This document shows, piece by piece, positions 39,433-48,758 of a DNA stretch of 64,000 bases; the first letter of the stretch is position 1, and every line of letters begins with the position of its first letter. This DNA comes from Bacilli bacterium. GTDB lineage: Bacteria > Bacillota_I > Bacilli_A > RF39 > UBA660. The translations under genes and the position numbers were made by a program. The notes under the pieces are model-generated. The model did no database searches. It was given only the letters and a program-made list of their open reading frames with translations, and was not told the origin of the DNA. Location of the stretch: positions 696 through 64,695 of the forward strand of contig JAGBAW010000027.1 of NCBI GenBank assembly GCA_017938725.1. The letters run 5' to 3'.

Positions 39433-40197
39433 ATGGAAAGTATTTTAAAACTAGAAAATATTGAAAAATATTATGGTAGTCGTTCCTCTTTAACAAAAGC
39501 AATTGATAATTTATCATTTGAAGTAGAAAGAGGCGAATTTGTTGCTATTATGGGAGCTAGTGGTTCTGGTAAAACAACACTTTTAAATTGCATTTCTACT
39601 ATTGATAATGTAACAAGTGGACATATTTATGTTGCAGGAGTTGATATTACCAAATTAAAAGGAAATGAATTAAATAAATTTAGGAGAGAAGAACTTGGTT
39701 TTATTTTTCAAGATTTTAACTTACTAGATACTCTAACAGCTTATGAAAATATTGCACTTGCTTTATCCATTCAAAATGTAAGTGCTAAAGAAATTGATGC
39801 AAAAATTAAAAAAGTAGCAGAGGAACTCGATATTAAAGATGTATTAAAGAAATATCCCTATCAAATGAGTGGAGGGCAAAAGCAAAGAGTAGCATCTGCT
39901 AGAGCTATTATAACAAATCCAAAATTAATACTTGCAGATGAGCCAACTGGGGCACTTGATTCTAAATCATCAAAAATGTTACTTGAAAAATTTAATTATT
40001 TAGATAAACTTGGAGCAACTATTTTGATGGTTACACATGATGCTTTTACAGCTTCTTATGCAAGAAGGGTAATATTTATCAAAGATGGTAAAATTTTCAA
40101 AGAACTCCATAGAGGAGAATGTTCTCGTAAAGAATTCTTTGATAAAATAATTGATGTTGTTACTTTGCTTGGTGGTGATATGAACGATGCTTTGTAA
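39433..40197 (+). CDS. ABC transporter ATP-binding protein (BceA-like)
   Basis: Walker A GASGSGKTT, signature MSGGQKQR, Walker B LADEPTGALD. RBS aaggag before ATG 39433. Confidence 0.9.
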   Translation: MESILKLENIEKYYGSRSSLTKAIDNLSFEVERGEFVAIMGASGSGKTTLLNCISTIDNVTSGHIYVAGVDITKLKGNELNKFRREELGFIFQDFNLLDTLTAYENIALALSIQNVSAKEIDAKIKKVAEELDIKDVLKKYPYQMSGGQKQRVASARAIITNPKLILADEPTGALDSKSSKMLLEKFNYLDKLGATILMVTHDAFTASYARRVIFIKDGKIFKELHRGECSRKEFFDKIIDVVTLLGGDMNDAL

Positions 40198-42253
40198 GTT
40201 ATCACTTAAAAATATCAAGAAAAGTATTAAGGATTATGCCATCTACTTTTTTACTTTGATTCTTGGTGTAGCAATATTTTATGTATTCAATGCCCTAGAA
40301 AGTCAAACGGTTTTAATGGATGTTTCATCATCAACCAAAGACCTTATTAAATTAATGATGACTATGCTTTCTAGCGTTAGTGTATTTGTATCATTTATTT
40401 TAGGTTTTCTGATTATTTATGCTTCAAGATTTTTGATAAAAAGAAGAAATAAAGAATTTGGAGTTTATTTAACTCTTGGTATGAGTAAGAGAAAAATATC
40501 CATGATATTATTTTTTGAAACACTATTTATAGGAATTTTATCACTTATTGTTGGACTTTTAGTAGGTGTAATATTATCGCAATTTATGAGCTTACTTGTT
40601 GCTAGTATGTTTGAAGCAGACTTAACTAAGTTTACATTTGTATTTTCTTATTCAGCTTGTATTAAAACTATTATTTACTTTAGTATTATGTATTTAATTG
40701 TTATGATATTTAATACTTTTAGTGTAAGCAAATGTAAGTTAATTGATTTATTACAGGGCGCTAAAAAATCAGAAACAGTAAAACTTAAAAATCCTGTTCT
40801 TTGTATTCTTATATTTATAATATCTTGTATTGTACTGGCAAGAGCATATTATATTGCAAGCTTTGATACTCTTAGTCTGCAAGATGCCAAAGATATTATA
40901 AAACCTATATTAATGGGGGTAGTATCAACATTTTTTATCTTTTGGTCTTTATCAGGACTTATTTTAAAATTCTGTCAAGGCAAGAAAAAATTCTATTATA
41001 AAGGACTAAATAGTTTTACTTTAAGACAGTTTTCAAGTAAAATTAATACAACTGTATTTGGGGTTACTATTATTTGTTTGATGTTATTTGTAACGATCTG
41101 CTTACTATCTTCTTGTCTTACAATGAAGAATTCTATGAATGCTAATATTAAAGAATTATCCCCAGTAGATGTTATGTTTACAACAAATATTAATATGGAA
41201 AAATATTACGATAATTTCAGAAATTATGGATATAATGATAATCAAATTAACAATTCACATTACAAGGTAAAAGAAATGTTTAATTTATTTGATTTTGATA
41301 TTACTTCTTATTTAAAAGATTATATAGAAGTTAATACTTATGCAACACCAGATTTAACTATGAAACACACATTAGGATCAAAATTAAATCAAGTTAGAAC
41401 AAGTTTTCCTTTTCTAAAATATGATACTATGGAATCAATAATGAAAATTAGCGATTATAATAAAGTAGCTAGATTCTATGGAAATGAGGAATATTCTTTA
41501 AATAGCAATGAATATATGATAGTTGCTGATTTTAAGTCAATGGTTGAAGTTAGAAATATAGCTTTAGAAAATAATGAGGCAATAAACTTATTTGGATACA
41601 CTTTAAAACCTAAATATGATTCTTGTAAGGATGGTTTTGTTGAAATGTCTAGTAATCATATCAATACAGGCATATTCATAGTTCCGGATAATGTAATTGA
41701 TGAAGATTATTTAATTCAAAATCATCTTATTGGAAATTACTTAACAGGTGATAAAGATGAAATTAAAGAAATAGAAAATAACATCAATGCTTTAGATAAA
41801 AATCCTAAATCAAAAGAATATCTTCTTCCAAGTGGATCAACAAAACTATCAATTAAAGAAGCTACGGTTGGGCTTACTGCTATGGTAACATTTATTGGAC
41901 TATATTTAGGAATTATATTCTTAATTAGCAGTGCAGCAATACTTGGTCTTAAAGAGTTATCCGAAAGTAGTGATAATAAAACAAGATTTAATATGCTAAG
42001 AAAAATTGGTACAGATGAGGCAATGATAAATAAAGCATTATTTAGACAAATTGGGATTTTCTTTATGCTACCTTTAATACTTGCGATTATTCATTCTGCA
42101 TTTGGAATAAAGTTTGCTATTTCAATATTAGAAGTATTTGGTGATGAGCAACTATTACCATCGATTATAATGACATCAGTATTTATAATATTTATTTATG
42201 GTGGATATTTCTTAATAACTTATTATTGTAGTAAAAATATAATTAAGGAATGA
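40187..42253 (+). CDS. FtsX-family ABC permease (BceB-like; 10 TM with large extracellular loop)
   Basis: MLCKLSLKNIKKSIKDY is a typical BceB N-terminus. ~230 aa extracellular domain between TM7 and TM8. Overlaps the ATPase stop. Confidence 0.9.
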   Translation: MLCKLSLKNIKKSIKDYAIYFFTLILGVAIFYVFNALESQTVLMDVSSSTKDLIKLMMTMLSSVSVFVSFILGFLIIYASRFLIKRRNKEFGVYLTLGMSKRKISMILFFETLFIGILSLIVGLLVGVILSQFMSLLVASMFEADLTKFTFVFSYSACIKTIIYFSIMYLIVMIFNTFSVSKCKLIDLLQGAKKSETVKLKNPVLCILIFIISCIVLARAYYIASFDTLSLQDAKDIIKPILMGVVSTFFIFWSLSGLILKFCQGKKKFYYKGLNSFTLRQFSSKINTTVFGVTIICLMLFVTICLLSSCLTMKNSMNANIKELSPVDVMFTTNINMEKYYDNFRNYGYNDNQINNSHYKVKEMFNLFDFDITSYLKDYIEVNTYATPDLTMKHTLGSKLNQVRTSFPFLKYDTMESIMKISDYNKVARFYGNEEYSLNSNEYMIVADFKSMVEVRNIALENNEAINLFGYTLKPKYDSCKDGFVEMSSNHINTGIFIVPDNVIDEDYLIQNHLIGNYLTGDKDEIKEIENNINALDKNPKSKEYLLPSGSTKLSIKEATVGLTAMVTFIGLYLGIIFLISSAAILGLKELSESSDNKTRFNMLRKIGTDEAMINKALFRQIGIFFMLPLILAIIHSAFGIKFAISILEVFGDEQLLPSIIMTSVFIIFIYGGYFLITYYCSKNIIKE

Positions 42254-42422
42254 TATTAATGTTACTTTTATATAATTTTAGTTTTAAACTTGCAAACACA
42301 AATGATACATGGATGAAAATTATTATTCCACTAGGTATATTATTACTAACATTTATAGTAATCGCACTTATTAGAGGAAAGGATAGGAATTAGTGGATTA
42401 ACACTAATTCTTTATTTAATAT

Positions 42423-43523
42423 ATGAGTTATCTGACTGCAATAAAAACAGCTATATTAATATTTCCTTTTATAGCATTAATATTTACAATACCATTTATT
42501 TTACATCAATATCATAAGTATGGATCAATTAATAAATTAAGAGTTCTAATTATTTATTCATTTATTTTCTATATGATTACATTATATTTTTTAGTAATTT
42601 TACCATTACCAGATAAAGATGATGTCATATATAAAGAAAATATGATTCGTTTAATACCATTTAGTTTTATAAAAGACTTTATTAAAGAAACATCATTTTC
42701 TATAACAAGTCCAAAAACATATATAAAATCACTTACAGAACCTTGCTTTTATACAGTTATTTTTAATATTTTTATGACAATACCTTTTGGTATGTATTTA
42801 AGGTATTACTTTAAGTGTAATTTAAAAAAGACTATTATTTATAGTTTTATACTAAGTTTATTTTTTGAATTTACCCAAATTACTGGTTTATATCATATTT
42901 ATAAGTATCAATATAGAATTTTTGATGTAGATGATTTAATTTTAAATACTATAGGAGGAGTACTAGGTTTTTATATAATGGGACTTATAAGAAAAACTTT
43001 ACCAACTAGAGATGAAATTGATATAAAATCTTTTAATGATGGTAAAAAAGTATCAGGATTTAGAAGAATTACTTTATTTTGTTTAGATTTTGCTATCTAC
43101 ATTATCTTGAGTATGAATATATGGATAATAACAAATATTGATAATATATTTCTAGTAATGTTTGTTATTTATTATATTCTTATTCCTTTATTTATAGGTA
43201 GGAGAACAATAGGTTGTAAATTTTTAAATATCAAAATTGAATATAAAAAATATGGAATAATAAATGATACACTTAGAATTATATTCTTATATTTATATTA
43301 TTTAAAAGTACCTGCTTTATTAATTAATATGTATATACTACTGATAAATAATATAAATATAAATATACATGAATCTATTTTAATGTGCTTTATATTTTTA
43401 TTTTTTATAATTATATACTTATTATTAAATTTATTCTATCTAATAAGAAATAATCATATTTACTATGATAATTTATTTAAACCAAAATACATAAGTACAA
43501 TAAAAGAAGGTGATACTAAATGA
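42423..43523 (+). CDS. VanZ-like / RDD-domain fusion membrane protein
   Basis: VanZ signature FEFTQITGLYHIYKYQYRIFDVDDLILNTIGGVLG. RDD-like region GFRRITLFCLDFAIYIIL...IGRRTIGCKF. Confidence 0.75.
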   Translation: MSYLTAIKTAILIFPFIALIFTIPFILHQYHKYGSINKLRVLIIYSFIFYMITLYFLVILPLPDKDDVIYKENMIRLIPFSFIKDFIKETSFSITSPKTYIKSLTEPCFYTVIFNIFMTIPFGMYLRYYFKCNLKKTIIYSFILSLFFEFTQITGLYHIYKYQYRIFDVDDLILNTIGGVLGFYIMGLIRKTLPTRDEIDIKSFNDGKKVSGFRRITLFCLDFAIYIILSMNIWIITNIDNIFLVMFVIYYILIPLFIGRRTIGCKFLNIKIEYKKYGIINDTLRIIFLYLYYLKVPALLINMYILLINNININIHESILMCFIFLFFIIIYLLLNLFYLIRNNHIYYDNLFKPKYISTIKEGDTK

Positions 43524-43993
43524 AAAAACTAATAATTACATTAATATTATCTATTGCTATTTTAACTGGATGTAGTAAAGATGGATTAATCGATAGATAT
43601 AAAAATATAAGTGAAAAGATAGGTGATGTTATATTAACAAATGATTGTAAACTAAAAGGAATAAGAACATTTGGATTAGATCATTATGTAGGCATATATG
43701 AAGTTGAATACAAAGATTATACTGGAAAAGAGGTAGTTTTTGGTGGAACAACTATAAAAAAAGATAATGATGATAATATTCATGTTAAAATAATGATTAA
43801 AGATTCAAAGGGAAGTGTGCAAGTAATTCAAAAGTTAAAAGAAGAAGATAGAATACTTGCAAGTAAAGATGGAATATATGGATATGATTTTAATATTAAT
43901 GATGGAAGTAATTATCTAATAATAAATTTAAAAGATTATTCAGGAAAAATAAAAATAGATGTTGATTATATTGAAATAGTAAAAAATTTCTAA
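43520..43993 (+). CDS. Lipoprotein (hypothetical)
   Basis: Lipobox MKKLIITLILSIAILTGCSKD. Start overlaps the upstream stop. Confidence 0.7.
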   Translation: MKKLIITLILSIAILTGCSKDGLIDRYKNISEKIGDVILTNDCKLKGIRTFGLDHYVGIYEVEYKDYTGKEVVFGGTTIKKDNDDNIHVKIMIKDSKGSVQVIQKLKEEDRILASKDGIYGYDFNINDGSNYLIINLKDYSGKIKIDVDYIEIVKNF

Positions 43994-44279
43994 GATTATA
44001 AAAAATTTAATTTTGGTATTATAACTAAAAAATTGTATTTAAAAAGGATGCTTACTAAATAATAGCATTCTTTTATCATAAATTTTATGATACAATAAAA
44101 ATGAGTTAGAAGAAAATGGTATATTTATACAGCCATTTAAATGACTTAATGGTGGATATTTTAATAGATAAGTTGAGAAGTTACTTAATTAAATGTATAT
44201 GTTAAAAGTAATATATAAAAAATTTAAACATATACAAAATATATTTTTTATGCTATTATTTGAATAATGGAGGATTAAT

Positions 44280-45218
44280 ATGAAAAAAGTAATAGAGGTT
44301 AAGAATTTAACTAAAAAATATAAAAAAATAAAAGCAATTGATAATTTATCATTTGATGTATATGAAGGTGAAATATTAGGTTTATTAGGTCCAAACGGTA
44401 GTGGTAAATCTACAACTATAAATACAATATTATCACTATTAAAATTCCAAAGTGGTTCTATAAAAGTATTTGGAAAAGAAATGAATACAGATAGTTATGA
44501 TATTAAAAGAAATATAGGAGTAGTATTTCAAGAAGTCGCAGTATTTGAAGAATTAGATGTATATGATAATATAGATTATTTTTGTGGACTATATATTAAA
44601 GATAAAGAAAAAAGAAAAAAATATGTTTTAGATGCGATTGATTTAGTAGGACTTAGTGATTTTAAAAAGTTTTACCCAAAACAATTATCAGGAGGACTTT
44701 TAAGAAGACTTAATATAGCTTGTGGTATTGCTCATAAACCTAAATTAATATTTTTAGATGAACCAACAGTCGCAGTTGATCCACAAAGTAGAAATAATAT
44801 ATTAGATGGAATAAAAAAATTAAGAGATAATGGCGCAACAATAGTTTATACAACACATTATATGGAAGAAGTAGAACTTTTGTGTGATAGGATAATAATT
44901 CTAGATAAAGGAAATATAATTGCGAGTGGAACTTCAGATGAATTAAAGACACTTGCAAAAATAGAAGAAAAGGTAACTGTAGAAATAAATAATTTGGATG
45001 ATAGAACATTAGAAGAAATTAAAGAATTTAAAAATGTAGATGAAGTAAGTTATACTAATAATAATTTAATTATTACATATAAAAAAGGTGAAAATAATTT
45101 TTCATATTTAATGGATTACTTAAAAAAAGAGAAAATAAATTATAATAAGATATATTCAGAAAGACCAACACTTAATGATGTATTCTTAGAATTAACTGGT
45201 AAGGAGCTTAGAGATTAA
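44280..45218 (+). CDS. ABC transporter ATP-binding protein (ABC-2 exporter type)
   Basis: Walker A GPNGSGKST, signature LSGGLLRRL, Walker B FLDEPT. Confidence 0.9.
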   Translation: MKKVIEVKNLTKKYKKIKAIDNLSFDVYEGEILGLLGPNGSGKSTTINTILSLLKFQSGSIKVFGKEMNTDSYDIKRNIGVVFQEVAVFEELDVYDNIDYFCGLYIKDKEKRKKYVLDAIDLVGLSDFKKFYPKQLSGGLLRRLNIACGIAHKPKLIFLDEPTVAVDPQSRNNILDGIKKLRDNGATIVYTTHYMEEVELLCDRIIILDKGNIIASGTSDELKTLAKIEEKVTVEINNLDDRTLEEIKEFKNVDEVSYTNNNLIITYKKGENNFSYLMDYLKKEKINYNKIYSERPTLNDVFLELTGKELRD

Positions 45219-46396
45219 TGTTTAAACATCAATTTAAATATACTTTAAAGACTCTTTTTAAAAGTAAATCATTGATATTTTGGACATATGCTTTTCCAAT
45301 AATATTAGGTACTTTTTTCTATTTAGCATTTTCAAATATAGAAAATAGTGAAAAATTAGATGTTATTGATATAGCAGTAGTTGAAACAAATGAATATAAT
45401 GAAGACTTAGTTTATGTAGAAACATTTAATAGATTAAGTGATGATGATAATGAAGATAAAATGTTTAATATTAAATATGTAAATGAAGATAAAGCAAAAG
45501 AATTATTAAATAAAGGTAAAATAACAGGATACTTTATTTTAAAGGATAAACCTAGTATTTATGTAAAAGAAAATGGTATTAATGAAACTATATTTAAATC
45601 TGTAGTAGAAGAAATTAATAATACAAAAAATATGATTAATACTTTATCGGAAGAAAAAATAAAAGGTGAATTAATAAAAGGTAATCAAAATATTGACTAT
45701 GAAAAATTATATAATGAAATAATTTCAAAAATAAATAATTATAAGTCAAATATACAAAATGTATCAAATGATAATTTGAGTTATACAATGATAGAATTTT
45801 ATACACTAATTGCGATGGCGTGTTTAAATGGAGCTATTCTTAGTATTATAGCTATCAATAATGTACTTCCTAATATGACAGGTATAGGTAAGAGAGTTGG
45901 TGTAAGTCCAGTAAATAAATTCAAATTAATACTTAGTAGTACTCTTGCAAGTTATATTGTGGAATTATTAGGACTAATAATATTATTTATTTATACAATT
46001 TTTGTACTTAAAGTTGATTATGGTAGTAATTTACCACTTATTATATTATTAGCGCTCATAGGTAGTTTTGCAGGAATTACTTTAGGAATATTAGTTGCGA
46101 CAATATTTAAATTAAATGATAATGCTAAAACAGGAATATTAATTTCATTTACTATGCTTGGATGCTTCTTTTCTGGAATGATGGGTATAACTATGAAATA
46201 TATAATTGATAAAAATATACCTATAATAAATAAACTAAATCCTGCGAATATGATTACAGATGGTTTTTATTCACTATATTACTATGATACTTTAGATAGA
46301 TTTTATTTTAATGTTATAAGTTTATTAATATTTTCAGGTTTAATGATTATTATTTCATTTATAAGTTTGCGAGGACAAAAATATGACAGTATTTAA
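45218..46396 (+). CDS. ABC-2 family permease
   Basis: N-terminal TM helix, ~150 aa extracytoplasmic domain, then five TM helices. Translationally coupled (TAATG). Confidence 0.8.
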   Translation: MFKHQFKYTLKTLFKSKSLIFWTYAFPIILGTFFYLAFSNIENSEKLDVIDIAVVETNEYNEDLVYVETFNRLSDDDNEDKMFNIKYVNEDKAKELLNKGKITGYFILKDKPSIYVKENGINETIFKSVVEEINNTKNMINTLSEEKIKGELIKGNQNIDYEKLYNEIISKINNYKSNIQNVSNDNLSYTMIEFYTLIAMACLNGAILSIIAINNVLPNMTGIGKRVGVSPVNKFKLILSSTLASYIVELLGLIILFIYTIFVLKVDYGSNLPLIILLALIGSFAGITLGILVATIFKLNDNAKTGILISFTMLGCFFSGMMGITMKYIIDKNIPIINKLNPANMITDGFYSLYYYDTLDRFYFNVISLLIFSGLMIIISFISLRGQKYDSI

Positions 46397-47534
46397 GGGA
46401 TTTTTAAAAATATTAAATAAGTGCAAAGGAATAGTAATAATGTATACTGTTATGTTACTTTTCTTTGGAGGCTTTACTATAAGTACAAGTGATGAAAATA
46501 GTGTTAATTTTAGTGAAGATAAACCTGATATATTAATAATAAATAATGATGAAAATAGTGGTATAACTAAAAATCTAATAAGTTATATTAAAGAAAATAG
46601 TAATATTATAAAAATAGATAATGATGAAGAAAAAATAAATGATGCATTATTTTATAGAGATATAAATTATGTTATTTATATACCTAAAAATTATAGAATA
46701 GATTTTTTAGATAATAAAAATCCAAAAATAGAAATCAAGAAGGTCAATGATTATAATTCATCTTATGCTAATATGATTTTAGAAAAATACTTAAAAGTAG
46801 CAAATATATATAAAAGTGAAATAGATAATGAAAATATATTAATAGAGAAAATAAACGATACATTAGATGAAGATGTAAATGTAAATATTACTGAAAAACA
46901 AAATAAATCATCTTTAGAAAGAATGACGTTTTATTATAATTTTTGTAATTATTCTCTTTTAGCGAGTATTATATATATAGTATGTTTAATACTTTCTAGT
47001 TTTAAAAATGAGAAAATAAGTAAAAGAACAATAATAAGTAGTATGAATTATAAAAAATATAACAGAATATTACTTTTATCTAGTATGTTATTTGCAGTAT
47101 GTTTATGGATTTTATATGTAATATTGAGTTTTATATTGATAGGTGATACACTTATTACTTTAAATGGATTAGGATATATAATAAATTCATTTGTATTTAC
47201 GATATGTGCATTAGTAATCGCATTATTTATAGGTAATTTAGTTACAAATAAAAATGCGATAAATGGAATAGTAAATGTAGTTGCGTTAGGGTCAAGTTTT
47301 CTATGTGGTTCATTTGTGCCAGTAGAATTTCTTCCAGATTCTGTATTAACTGTTGCGCATATTTTCCCATCATACTACTTTATTCAAAATAATGAAATGT
47401 TAGAAAAAATAAAAATAACTTCATTTGGTGATTTAAGTAAATTATTTCCAAATATATTAATAATGATAACGTTCATAGTAATATTTATAGTAATAATAAA
47501 TATAATTTCAAAAAATAAAAGAAAAATCGGATAA
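46383..47534 (+). CDS. ABC-2 family permease (second subunit)
   Basis: Same topology as 45218-46396; overlaps its stop. Confidence 0.8.
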   Translation: MTVFKGFLKILNKCKGIVIMYTVMLLFFGGFTISTSDENSVNFSEDKPDILIINNDENSGITKNLISYIKENSNIIKIDNDEEKINDALFYRDINYVIYIPKNYRIDFLDNKNPKIEIKKVNDYNSSYANMILEKYLKVANIYKSEIDNENILIEKINDTLDEDVNVNITEKQNKSSLERMTFYYNFCNYSLLASIIYIVCLILSSFKNEKISKRTIISSMNYKKYNRILLLSSMLFAVCLWILYVILSFILIGDTLITLNGLGYIINSFVFTICALVIALFIGNLVTNKNAINGIVNVVALGSSFLCGSFVPVEFLPDSVLTVAHIFPSYYFIQNNEMLEKIKITSFGDLSKLFPNILIMITFIVIFIVIINIISKNKRKIG

Positions 47535-47560
47535 GAACTTATTTCTTATCCCTTTTTATT
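47529..47560 (+). terminator. Rho-independent terminator
   Basis: ggataagaa-cttat-ttcttatcc perfect 9-bp stem followed by ctttttatt. Stem overlaps the stop codon. Confidence 0.8.
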
Positions 47561-47616
47561 GATTTTTGTCATACTTTAATGATATAATGAATTTTAGAAT
47601 AGGGAGGGAAATAGTA

Positions 47617-47868
47617 GTGGACAGAAAAGTGGTAATTACAAATTCACTAGGTCAACAGATGCAAGCTGATGTTATAACAGCATTTACTCTCAAGGAAAAT
47701 AATCAAAATTATATTGTTTATACTTTTAATGAAAAAAATAAAAATAATATAAAAACGTATACATCAAAAATAAGGGAAGAAAATGGTGAAATTTATTTTG
47801 ATGCAATAACAGATGAGGATGAATGGAAAAAAGTAAGAGAAGCAATATTAAATCAGGTAATAGAATAG
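47617..47868 (+). CDS. DUF1292-family small protein
   Basis: ITNSLGQQM...NYIVYTF...GEIYFDAITDEDEWKKVREAI fits the DUF1292 pattern (ITL.DE.G.E...Y.vl...e.....D.Ew..V.e). GTG 47617 after RBS gggaggg; upstream ATG 47587 is an alternative start. Confidence 0.55.
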   Translation: MDRKVVITNSLGQQMQADVITAFTLKENNQNYIVYTFNEKNKNNIKTYTSKIREENGEIYFDAITDEDEWKKVREAILNQVIE

Positions 47869-47877
47869 GAGGCTTAT

Positions 47878-48198
47878 ATGAGTTCTACAAAAAGGTTTAC
47901 TAATCCTTTAAAATATAAAATAGAAAGCTTAGAGAATGAATTAAGTAAATATAATAATGAAAATACGGCAAGTCCGTTAATTGATAAACAACAATTACCA
48001 GGAATAAAGCAAGATAATATTATCGATATAAATACAATACTTGCTACTTCGGTTAGTACGGATTACATTTATAAACAAAGCCCAACAATGGGAGTATATA
48101 CGGGTTCAAATGCAGATTTATTAACATTAGGGGATGTTTCTAGAATAAGTATTAACTATTCTAAATATATAAGTGCAAAAACAATGCAATTGCGTTAG
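47878..48198 (+). CDS. Hypothetical protein
   Basis: RBS ggagg upstream; no motif. Confidence 0.45.
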   Translation: MSSTKRFTNPLKYKIESLENELSKYNNENTASPLIDKQQLPGIKQDNIIDINTILATSVSTDYIYKQSPTMGVYTGSNADLLTLGDVSRISINYSKYISAKTMQLR

Positions 48199-48242
48199 AT
48201 ATTTATATATGTTATAATTAATAATACTTGTGAGGTGTAAAT

Positions 48243-48749
48243 ATGAAAAATAAAAAGTTAAAAAGACTTTTAAAAAATAAGAAATTTATAATATTTATGA
48301 TATTATTACTTGTATTAATAATATGCTTATTTTTATTAAAAGGAATATTCTTTCCAGGCGGTGGATCTAACTATGGAAATAGATTAGATGGTATCGAAAA
48401 AATTAGTTTTACAAAAAAGGATCAAGAAAAAATAAATCAATTTATAAATAACAATGAAAAAGTTACGTCATCAAAAATTAACATTCATGGCAAAATAATA
48501 AATGTAATATATAATGTTAATAAGGATGTATCTTTAGACGATGCAAAAAATATTGCAACATCATCTCTTGAAAAATTTGATGATACAGTAAAGGGATTTT
48601 ATGATATTCAATTTATAATAACAATGACTGATGAAAAAGGGGAAGAAACTCAAACTACAGATGAAAATGGTAAAACAATTACCACTGTTGTTAAGAAATT
48701 TCCTTTGATGGGTTATAAAAACTCTAGTAAAGAAGCAATAGTTTGGTAG
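48243..48749 (+). CDS. Membrane-anchored hypothetical protein
   Basis: N-terminal TM helix (FIIFMILLLVLIICLFLL). Confidence 0.55.
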   Translation: MKNKKLKRLLKNKKFIIFMILLLVLIICLFLLKGIFFPGGGSNYGNRLDGIEKISFTKKDQEKINQFINNNEKVTSSKINIHGKIINVIYNVNKDVSLDDAKNIATSSLEKFDDTVKGFYDIQFIITMTDEKGEETQTTDENGKTITTVVKKFPLMGYKNSSKEAIVW

Positions 48750-48758
48750 GGTGAAATC

